Assembly (NCBI GenBank): GCA_004431415.1
Contig: QPMI01000204.1
Coordinates: 91,166 to 155,165, forward strand
Source: Cyanophora paradoxa CCMP329
Lineage: Eukaryota > Plantae > Glaucophyta
Length of the DNA stretch: 64,000 bases
Direction of reading: 5' to 3'
This document shows positions 39,108 to 49,488 of the stretch, in pieces (position 1 is the first letter of the stretch; each line of letters starts with the position of its first letter). The notes beneath the pieces were generated by a model. The model saw only the letters and a program-made list of their open reading frames with translations. It made no database searches and had not been told where the DNA came from. The position numbers and the translations under genes were made by a program.

Positions 39108-39670
39108 TGCATTTCAGATATACACACGCGTTATCTGGACTAGCCCAGTAGCTGTTCGGGCTAGCAGTATACGCTGCAGCTGAGCAATCATTCGGGTTCT
39201 CTCTGATAGGCAACTCGGCATCGAGATCGAAATCGAAACGGAGGGGTCGAAATCGAAGTCTAAGCCTTCCGTATGCTCTACAGGACTAGGCGTGCGGGCC
39301 TTGCCGGAGGGCTCGCCTGTTCGCCGCCACTGAGGGCCGCTAAGGGAGAGGAATACAGCCTCCCCCGCTCCCGCAAGGGGCACAGAAGGTGGAGCCGCCT
39401 CGCACTGCAGAAAAGCTGGGGCGAGTGGGGGCGCCCTCGAGCTCGTGGTGGCGAACGGGTGATCCCTCCGGCAAGGTCCGCACGCCTAGTCCTGTAGAGC
39501 AATAGAATTAATATTAGATTTCGATTTCGACCCCTCGGTCACCGGGTTTCGATTTCGATCTCGACGTCAAGTTGCCTATCCGAGAGAGCCCAGTGGATTG
39601 CTCAGCGTACACTGCTAGCCCGAACAGCTGTGGGGCTAGTCCAGATAACGCGTGTGTATATCTGAAATGC
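39108..39670. repeat. Inverted pair of A copies (39108-39410 minus; 39446-39670 plus) forming a fold-back
   Basis: Both outer ends are A termini (GCATTTCAGATATAC ... GTATATCTGAAATGC). Confidence 0.88.
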
Positions 39671-40029
39671 CATGATGCAGCATAGTCTTCGCAAGTTAGC
39701 TAGTTCGTGTCCAGACGTAAGCTTGATGCATATGCTGTCCAAACTGACAGTACTGGTCTGTTCAGATCGTCAAAGCCACTAGCCGCCTAGGCCTGGCACA
39801 TTGTCCAAAGAATGTTCTGTTCAGATGAAAGCGCCTCAAATCTAAGAACTAGTACATATACAATACTGTACAATTCAAGCGAGAATCTGAAACTATGGAT
39901 TTGAAACTACAAGGGATGACAAAGCAAAAGCTTTACTTAGCAAAAGGTTTGCGACTAAAACAACAAATTATCGTGGGATGACAAAAGAAAGGGGGGGAGA
40001 GAATAGAGCGTGGAGGCAGAAAACCAGCT

Positions 40030-41360
40030 CTAGCGTGATGCTTGAGAAGAGGTTCTTAGCGTTCCTGGACGGCTGTGGCGAACAAAGGCAAGTTGCAGTT
40101 GCCGCATATTCCTTTCCAAGCGCTCCTGATCACTTTCCTTCAAAGCAGCCACGAATCCTGGCCGGTATGCAGGGGTCGATGCGTGTGCTGATGCGATGCC
40201 ATCGGCTGGTGGAGCTTCTTGAGCCAGATGAAGACAGCCAGATTCAATGCCGGCATACGCGAAGTGGCGTGCACAGAAGGGGACGTCGAAGTATGCAACT
40301 TTGAAAGTGTCAGGGTCCACGAACGCCTGCCGGACGAACACTTCCCCGGTGTTGCTCTGTACATAGCACGGCTGGAACCGGTGCAAGAAAAGATTGTCCA
40401 GCAATGTCATGAAGAACTTTGCCAGACTCAACGCTCTGATGTCCGTCTTTTCAACCTGCAAGACAGTTAACATTAGAAAGCGCTCCCGAAATCTAGAGTT
40501 CTGTGAGCCTTGCTGACCTGCTCAAATGCATAGGACCCAGCACCCGCAGAGCCGGCAGGGACGTCGAAGCGAATACACAGGCGCGAGCTTTTCCTGCTCA
40601 GGCAGGAAGGCATGATCAGACTCTGAGAGGCAGCACAGAGGAAATCAAAGCCACAAAAGCACTTCGAGACTGATGCAAAGCACTCGTTCTGAATGGTGGG
40701 TAGTTCAACGTGGGCCATCACCGTGCCTAAATGCGACGATGAGGCTTGCGTGATGGAGGGTGACGTGAAAATCAATCTCTTGTGTGTCAGCCAGACATCT
40801 CCGGTCGCTTCGATATCAAGGTGCCCTTTTGATCCAGCTCTCTTCGAATACTGCAGCATCTTCACCTGCGTGGAACTCATGAATTCCGCTCTGTGCCATG
40901 TTTCGAGGGTCTGATTACCTTCTGAACCATGTAAAAGCGCCCCTCGCCCGGCGCAGGAGGAAACGGGAGCGAGAGGGGCCCCGAGAAGCCTGGCCCTACC
41001 CTAGTGGAAGGGGGCACGGCGCCGCGATTTGCGTCGGCCTGTTCGAAATCAGCTGGGGCGCACAGTGTCTGCACAGTGTGGGCGCACAGTCACCGAGTTC
41101 TGATGAGCGGGCGGAGGAAGCGCGAATGGCGAAGGCCTCAAAGGCGTCCCATCGTGCCCCGGCTGAAGCGAGAAAAGCTGGGGCGAGTGGGAGGGCGAGT
41201 GGAATACGGATCCGGAGGTTGACGCCGACGATGTCGCTGGCGACGTCGGCGACGTCCTCGACCTGAATGACGTTGCGTCATCTCTAGCTGGGCTCGCCGA
41301 CCGGTCAGAACTGTCGTCATTGTCGCGCGACAGGGAGAGAGCGTTTCTGAGAAACTCCAT
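40030..41360 (-). CDS. Hypothetical protein with a GRAM/PH-like domain
   Basis: Multi-exon ORF chain. 'ATGDVWLTHKRLIFTS' resembles the GRAM/WBP2 G.L.LT..R.IF motif. Confidence 0.55.
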
Positions 41361-42398
41361 AACTGCCGCTCAGCTGGGCGTACGTAGTGCGGAAACTTGC
41401 TACTAAGCAGACGTCCGCAGAATGACAGCAATGACGCCGGGCGAGCCTGCGTCCGGGCTGCGCTGCGTCGGGCCGATCAAATAAACCGTATGTTTATATG
41501 TACCCCTTGATATGCACATTGATGATGCACATTGTTGCACATTGTATGTACTGATTTGCTCAATAAACCGCTTTTAGTTTGATGCACATTGATAACACTG
41601 GCATACTAGCCGCGGACAACGCAGGCTAGAAGCGGCGGTGCTAACTACGGGGGCGAGAAGCCGCGGACGACGCAGGCAGGGCCCTCTGAAGGGGGGCGCG
41701 CAACTTCCCCCTGGGGGTTCCTACAAACTACGATGGGGGGGGGGGGGCCTGCCGTGGCGGGGCCCGCAGGCGACGACGGAGGAGGTAGGCCCAGGGAGGA
41801 AGCGACGCCAGGGGCAAGCTCGGCGTCATCCACATCAATGATGACTTGGGGAGAGCCTGCATCATCGATAGCAGCATCGAAAACGGAGTCCGGTGCCGGC
41901 CGCGGGGCGCCGGCGCCGGCCGCCGGGGCATGCGCAGCTGCAGCCGGCGCCGGAGAGCGGGGCGGCCCGAGCGGGGCGAGCCGCACGGGCTTCATCCTCC
42001 GCCCCGCGTCCACGCCGGAGAAGAAGCGCAGGGCGATGTTCCTGCGGGAAGAATTAGAGTTGCGATTACGATCAGAATTACGATTACTATCAGAAGTTTA
42101 GGGTTTTTGGGGGCGCTAAGGGGGCCACCATGGCCAGAAACTAGGGCTACGATTACGATCAGAATTACGGTCGGAATTACGATCGGGGCGTCGGCCCGCG
42201 CCCGCGGCCGCGGGCCGACGCCCCGCGGCCCCGGCCGGCGCCGCGGCCACTGCCGCTTCCGAAGTTGGCGAGGAAGGTTCGGTTAACGTTGCCGAGCGGT
42301 TCGGGCTGCATGTCCGAGCCGGCCGTCGTGCCTATGGCCTGTAGGCTGAGTTACGTTGCCGAGTCGCCGACTCAAGGTAGACTCCCTCCTTAGTTTGA

Positions 42399-42570
42399 TG
42401 CGTTCAGCATAGACAGAGCTAGCTAGCTGTGTACTATGCCTGTCTGGGCTACGCATAGGAAGGTGCGGTCCTCGCCGTTGCCGGCCCGGCCGTTGCCCCC
42501 CCGAGGCCCGTAAGGGGAGTACTACGGTAACGCTCCACCCCCGTAAGGGGAGTAACGCTCCACCCCCGCG
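42399..42570 (-). repeat. Repeat family B copy
   Basis: Matches 10495-10652. Confidence 0.8.
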
Positions 42571-42835
42571 GTGAAAGCCCGCGCGCGCGAGGAGGCGGTA
42601 CGTTTACACGGAATGCAAACGCGCTCGATGACCGTACGCGCGCATGTCGCACGGCCGCACCGAGGGGGTGTTCATCTGCGCCTGCGTTGTGAAAGCTGGT
42701 GCGCGCGTCAGTGTGCGCAAGTGCCGCTGAAACATTGACGGTGCAGTACAGTACCTCGGCCTAGACGTATGCGGCTGGGATTGATATCGGCGTGGCTAGC
42801 GCTGGTTTGTTGTGCGTGCAGGGGTACGCATGAGA

Positions 42836-42905
42836 ACTCGTCCAACTTTCATCCAACTTTCGTCCAACTCTCGTCCAATTGGTACTTTCGTCCAACTTTC
42901 GTCGA
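42836..42905. repeat. Tandem array of about 11-bp TCGTCCAACTT units
   Basis: Five to six imperfect units seen directly. Confidence 0.75.
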
Positions 42906-42937
42906 AATTGGCCATGGTACTTTTGACCTGCCGTTAG

Positions 42938-43220
42938 TTTGATGCACCGGAGATTGACAACATTGTGGAGGTTTTTGCCTTGCTTTTTTCAGTGCTGCTG
43001 CTATTTTGTGACAAACGCTGGCAGGTCAAACAGCTTAGCAGGCCAGATGTGGATTCTGGTGATGTGATTAGGGCTAGAATCATCGGGGCGTTAGACGGCT
43101 ATCTGTTTGCTGAAATGAAGTAACGCTGCTAGCTAGCTGCATCTGTGAACTACGCCTGGAAAGGTGCAGCCGAGTCTGTTGCCAGCCTGGCCACTCCCCC
43201 CCTAGACTGTAAAGGGTAGC
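42938..43220 (+). pseudogene. Relic of the rimO 3' end (end of penultimate exon, last intron, last exon, 3' flank)
   Basis: Aligns to 38831-39107 with the intron retained and no 5' part. Confidence 0.9.
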
Positions 43221-43281
43221 GCTCCACTCACGCCAAGGCCGAGGCTGTACATGTGCTCGTGACAGGCTTTGTGACAGGTTT

Positions 43282-44162
43282 GCGCTCTTCAGCGAGCAGC
43301 ATCCATATTGGGGTAACAGTGCGCTCTAGATCTCTGCGATCATCAGCATCGGATATCGATCTGCCATAACTTAGTAAGACTCTGAGACTTCGATTTGATT
43401 TCGGAAGATTTGATTTCGATCTGACCCGTCGCCGAGTCGACGGCGACCGCGCCCAGTTCCGCGACCCTCAGGGCCTCACGGATCGTGACGGCCACAGTTC
43501 CAGAGCCGCCCCCTTCTGACGCATGCGCAGTGCGATGCATATGCGGCTCCACCTTCTGCTCCCCTCATGGGAGCGGGGGAGGCTGTATTCCTCTCCCTTA
43601 GTGGCCCTCAGTGGCGGCGAACGGGCGAGCCCTCCGGCAAGGCCCGCACGCCTAGTCCTGTAGAGCATACGGAAGGCTTAGACTTCGATTTCGACCCCTC
43701 GGTTTCGATTTCGATTTCGATCTCGAGGCCGAGTTGCCTATCAGAGAGAGCCCGTATGATTGCTCAGCGTATACTGCTAGCCCGAACAGCTACTGGGCTA
43801 GTTCAGATATCGTGTGTGTCATATCTGAAATGCAGCTGGGCTTAGGTCGGACGTCTTTGATTACGACTGCGATTAGGGGCTTCATCATGATGACTGAGCT
43901 GCACACGACGACGCGATGCTGCAACTTTGGCAAACAGGAACTCCCACCACCCAAGAACGACGACACGATGCTGCACACGACAGGGGCACGGCCTAGGCTG
44001 TCACGGGGGTGGAGAGTTACTCCCCTTACGGGCCTCGGGGGGGAACGGCCAGGCCGGCAATGGCGAGGGCCGCAACCTCCTATGTGTAGCCCAGACAGGC
44101 GTATAGTTCACAGATGCAGCCAGCTAGCCACTAGCGTACATCACATGTCTACGCTGAACGCA
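43282..44162 (+). repeat. Longest composite A (to 43834) + linker + B element
   Basis: Contains most of the A and B modules seen in other copies. Ends 26 nt from the CFAP119 stop. Confidence 0.88.
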
Positions 44163-44188
44163 CTTCCGTCGCACATTCAGCTTCTCGT

Positions 44189-45418
44189 TTACTTCTTCCC
44201 TGCTGGCTTCTTCAAAGGCTCCTCCATCTTGACCTGCCTTGGATTAGCACTGGATCGATATCTGCTCCAGACACCATGCACACACCTCGAATTCAGAAAG
44301 CTTCTCCATGAACTGGCCAGCGCTCTTGGCGATCTCACTTGCAATCTGACGTTGGACATTTGTTTCAAATCTCAAGTACATAAATTTTTCACAAACCTGT
44401 TCCCGGATGACAGCCAAGTGTGAGCTGACGGCTGCATTGATGACTTCTTGCATGCCTTGGCCTCCCACTGCGTCCGGATTTGAGAGGCGGAAGGCGGTAG
44501 AAAAAATTGGAGTCACCTTGAGCTTCTTTCAATTTCTCGACAGCTGCTTCGCGCTCTGCAGCAGCGATTGCCTCGTAATCTGGAGGTGGCTTGGGCAACC
44601 ACTCGGGAACTGTAAAGAGTAAGCGTCTGGAGTTCTCGGTTTTGGTAAATGGGTCATTTATACCTCCCTCCGATAGGGGCGGAAAAAATGGAGGAAGCTC
44701 CACAAGTGTATCAGTTGAATCAACGTCCAGGACTGGCAGGCGTGTAAACGCGTGCTGGTAGAGCTTGAAGTGCCTGTAGTACCTGCAGGCCGGCAATTGT
44801 TTTTGTATAAAAAAGCAAAAACGAACAAACTGCCAGATTGCACGTGTCTACAACGTAGTCTGTTATGAGTTTGACGTCGGGCAGGCTGAAAAGGCCAACG
44901 CTGAAGGGTGGTCGCTGTACGCTGTGGCGGATAAGAAGGGACTGAAAGAACTCGAAGCTCTTCTTCAGCCCGAGATTTTCCTCTGCAGAAGTGTTAGAGG
45001 CGCGAAACTCGAGGTGAAGCTACAGGCACCTTCTAGCTTCGCGTGGTTAGCTTTGACGATGGAGAAGAACGCCGACGTCTTCTCGACGGAAAACTCGAAA
45101 TCCTTTGCGGCCGTGCGGCCTGTCAAGGGGGGGAGGCGAGTTTGGCGGCTAACGGTAATGACAGCGCGTGGCCATGCAAAAGGATATCGGAGCGTGTGCA
45201 GGTAGAGATCGAGCACCACGTCCTCCCTAGAGAGCGGCGCAGGACGCCTGAGCCCCACGTACTCCGCTAGCAAGCTGCAAGCCGCTAGCATCAGAGTGCA
45301 AGATGCGTGCGAAAACATATGGCGCCGCGCACGCGATACCCTCTTCCGAGTAGAGTTTGCCCTCCAGTGACTGCAGCTGCGAGACGGAGAGGTCCGACCA
45401 GACCAGCGACCCCGCCAT
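44189..45418 (-). CDS. CFAP119: CFAP119 (C1a-32/CLAMP family) flagellar central-pair protein; contains a U12 AT-AC intron
   Basis: LDLYLHTLR/AAKDFEFSVEKTSAFFSIV, LLIRHSVQRPPFSVGLFS and TYYRHFKLYQHAF. Confidence 0.85.
45113..45187 (-). other. U12-type AT-AC intron (75 nt); second copy at 48125-48199
   Basis: 5' splice site ATATCCTTTT, branch CCTTGAC, and 3' AC 10 nt after the branch A. Removal restores a CFAP119-like reading frame. Confidence 0.88.
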
Positions 45419-46088
45419 GTAGCTAGGCCAGAGCGCGCCAACGATCTTAAGCTCAAGGTACTATAGCTATGCACAAGCGCGCCAGCTAGCTATAGCTAAA
45501 GGTGGCACAAGCTTAAAGCCCTAGACTTGAGGTCAAGCCATCACGGCTTGAGGACATCACCGAACCGTCGACGGCTTGGTTGAACTCTAGATAATTTTAA
45601 CTACGTATACGTATACATGCATCCGTTTACGTACATCTACATGTACACGTTCACCTCACCGACCGGCCAGGCCGCCCTTCGAGTCGACTCGCCCCGGGCC
45701 CCGTAACTTATAATTAGTAAAAATGCAATAGTGGCCTCGAGCTCGGCCGCCGGCGCCGGCCGCGGGCCTCGAGCTCGTCGTCCAACCTAGGGCCTCTTAT
45801 CGTAATCGCAATCAAAGACGTCCATTTTCGCTGTCTGCTAAACATTCGAAGTTCAGCTCTTCTGTGATATGTGGCGATTCGCAGGAGCCAGGAGCCATCT
45901 TCTGCAAGTCATCACTGAGTCACCAACTTCTCGCGAATCTGATCATGAGAACAAGTCTGAGGGCTGAGTGAGAATCTGAGGCTGACAGACTTTGACTTTG
46001 ATCTCAGAGTCTGAGGCTGACAGACTTTGACTATGATTTGGAGGCTGGCTCTGATCTCAGAGGCGGGGGGGGGGGGGGGGGACCGTCG

Positions 46089-46463
46089 GACCCTCACGGA
46101 TCGTGACGGCCACAGTTCGATTCCAGCGCCGCCCCCTTTTTGACGCAGTGCGATGCGCGCGGCTCCACCTTCTGCGCCCCTCGCGGGAGCGGGGGAGGCT
46201 GTATTCCTCTCCCTTAGCGGCCCTCATTCGGCGGCGAACGGGCGAGCCCTCCGGCAAGGCCCGACCCGCACGCTTATATTAGTCCTGTAGAGCATACGGA
46301 AGGCTTCGATTTCGATTTCGACCCCTCGGTTTCGATTTGGATCTCGAGGCCCTGAGGCCGAGTTGCCTACCAGAGAGAACCCGAATGATTGCTCAGCGTA
46401 TACTGCTAGCCCGAACAGCTACTGGGCTAGTCCAGATAACGCGTGATGTATATCTGAAATACA
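46089..46463 (+). repeat. Repeat family A copy (duplicate at 49102-49476)
   Basis: A core. Terminus lies about 12 nt from the Pro-rich gene stop. Confidence 0.9.
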
Positions 46464-46475
46464 TTATCAAGTCTT

Positions 46476-48430
46476 TCACCATGCAATTATGCCAACATCA
46501 TTATCATCAGCATTCTGGTCGTCATCTCCCGCCTCAGGAACCTCCCAGCTGTTGTCCAACTCAGGCACACTCTCGGTCCAAATGAGCTCAGATGAAGTAC
46601 ACTGAAGAATCTGCACAGGCGTCAGACAATGCACAGATGCACTGATGTGTAAAGAACACAGACATCCGCTGCTTTCTGCTCAGTAAGACGGGCTTGCTCT
46701 TCGAGTGCAGCACGCATGGCCTCTGCCTGGGCACGTTGAAGGTCATCAGCCTGGTCACGAAGATGCTCTTCAAAAGCGGCCTGTGCTGCTGCTTGAGCTT
46801 CCTGCGCCTTCATATACTGGATGTTAGCATTCGCTAGTTCGCTTGCCTAAGATTGGGCATACCTGTGACCCTTCAATCGCCTGCAAGCCCCAAGCTGATG
46901 TTGGAGACAATGAAACATAGGGCGACTCCATGGGTGAGATGGATGGGGATGGGGATGCATTCTCATCTGAGGAGACCACACTGTGGTGTTGTGGAGGGAG
47001 TGGTTGGTCCATTGCAGGCATTTGCGCATCCAGAGATTCGGGTGGAGCGTCCTGCATAGGCCTGGGTGGGGCCACAATGGGTGGAACTGGAGCCTCCAAA
47101 GGCATGGGTGGCGCCTCCATGGGGACAGGTAGAGCCTCCACAGGCATGGGTGGCGCCTCCATGGGGACAGGTGGAGCCTCCACAGGCATGGATGGCGCCT
47201 CCAAGCGGACGGGTGGAGCCTCCACAGGCACGGGTGGCATGTCCCTAGGCATAAGAGGTGCCTCCATGGGGACAGGTGGAGCCTCCACAGGCATGGATGG
47301 CGCCTCCAAGCGGACGGGTGGAGCCTCCACAGGCACGGGTGGCATGTCCCTAGGCATAAGAGGTGCCTCCACAGGCATGGGTGGCGCCTCCATGGGGACA
47401 AGTGGAGCCTCCACAGGCATGAGAGGCGCCTCCACAGGCATCTGAGGTGCCTCCACAGGCGCCTCCACTGGTACAGGTGGCGCCTCTACAGGGGTGAAAC
47501 CTCCATTCACAGGCATGGGTGGCGCTTCCAGAGGCACTGGTGGGGCCTCCAGCGCTGCTGGAGCATCCTGAGATACAACTAGGGCTGCCTGGGCGTTTAC
47601 AGATTCGGAATTTGGCGGCTTGACGGCCACATATGATTCCAGATTCGGTGGAACAGGTTGGCGAGCAGATGAGGCAGACACTCTAGCAGAGTCGCCAGCC
47701 GATGTCCCGCCAAAGTCAAGTGCAAACCTCTGGGACATATCATCTGAGGGCTCGTGTTCAGCAATGTACGCGTATATACATGCAAAAACAGGCACACACC
47801 AAGATTACACCTGACATATGCGAAGTTGTGCCCTTCTGGTTTCCCTTCCTCGTCCTGCCCATTGCCCTGGCCGACCCCGAGACAGAAGAACTGATTCATG
47901 CTCCAGTCTGAGTCTCCCGCGGGATGGATGTTATACAGTTTCTTCCCATCCTCAGATTTTCCCGCTGCAGAGAGGAAGACGACCTGAGATCGAGGATTCG
48001 ATCCGACCTGTTGCCACTCGGCGACCGAGTCACTCTGGTACAGCACGCTCCCGTCTTCTGCCGATTTGAGCAGGAAGAGGTAGCCTAGCCGGGTTTTAAG
48101 GACCTCTGCGGAGAACCTGCGGCCGTGCGGCCTGTCAAGGGGGGGAGGCGAGTTTGGCGGCTAACGGTAATGACAGCGCGTGGCCATGCAAAAGGATATC
48201 GGAGCGTGTGCAGGTAGAGATCGAGCACCACGTCCTCCCTAGAGAGCGGCGCAGGACGCCTGAGCCCCACGTACTCCGCTAGCAAGCTGCAAGCCGCTAG
48301 CATCAGAGTGCAAGATGCGTGCGAAAACATATGGCGCCGCGCACGCGATACCCTCTTCCGAGTAGAGTTTGCCCTCCAGTGACTGCAGCTGCGAGACGGA
48401 GAGGTCCGACCAGACCAGCGACCCCGCCAT
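46476..48430 (-). CDS. Putative chimeric gene (CFAP119 5' exons joined to the body of the Pro-rich gene), or a pseudogene
   Basis: Created by the duplication junction at 48117-48123. In frame only if the AG at 48118-48117 is used as acceptor. Confidence 0.4.
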
Positions 48431-49488
48431 GTAGCTAGGCCAGAGCGCGCCAACGATCTTAAGCTCAAGGTACTATAGCTATGCACAAGCGCGCCAGCTA
48501 GCTATAGCTAAAGGTGGCACAAGCTTAAAGCCCTAGACTTGAGGTCAAGCCATCACGGCTTGAGGACATCACCGAACCGTCGACGGCTTGGTTGAACTCT
48601 AGATAATTTTAACTACGTATACGTATACATGCATCCGTTTACGTACATCTACATGTACACGTTCACCTCACCGACCGGCCAGGCCGCCCTTCGAGTCGAC
48701 TCGCCCCCGGGCCCCGTAACTTATAATTAGTAAAAATGCAATAGTGGCCTCGAGCTCGGCCGCCGGCGCCGGCCGCGGGCCTCGAGCTCGTCGTCCAACC
48801 TAGGGCCTCTTATCGTAATCGCAATCAAAGACGTCCATTTTCGCTGTCTGCTAAACATTCGAAGTTCAGCTCTTCTGTGATATGTGGCGATTCGCAGGAG
48901 CCAGGAGCCATCTTCTGCAAGTCATCACTGAGTCACCAACTTCTCGCGAATCTGATCATGAGAACAAGTCTGAGGGCTGAGTGAGAATCTGAGGCTGACA
49001 GACTTTGACTTTGATCTCAGAGTCTGAGGCTGACAGACTTTGACTATGATTTGGAGGCTGGCTCTGATCTCAGAGGCGGGGGGGGGGGGGGGGGACCGTC
49101 GGACCCTCACGGATCGTGACGGCCACAGTTCGATTCCAGCGCCGCCCCCTTTTTGACGCAGTGCGATGCGCGCGGCTCCACCTTCTGCGCCCCTCGCGGG
49201 AGCGGGGGAGGCTGTATTCCTCTCCCTTAGCGGCCCTCATTCGGCGGCGAACGGGCGAGCCCTCCGGCAAGGCCCGACCCGCACGCTTATATTAGTCCTG
49301 TAGAGCATACGGAAGGCTTCGATTTCGATTTCGACCCCTCGGTTTCGATTTGGATCTCGAGGCCCTGAGGCCGAGTTGCCTACCAGAGAGAACCCGAATG
49401 ATTGCTCAGCGTATACTGCTAGCCCGAACAGCTACTGGGCTAGTCCAGATAACGCGTGATGTATATCTGAAATACATTATCAAGTCTT

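Noticed and set aside
46847-47445. Repetitive alternative-frame ORFs (WRRHPCL, GGASTG)
   Set aside because: They are shadow frames of the 21-bp coding repeat in the Pro-rich gene.
47050-47550. CRISPR-like array
   Set aside because: This is a coding minisatellite with no unique spacers, in a eukaryotic context with no cas genes.
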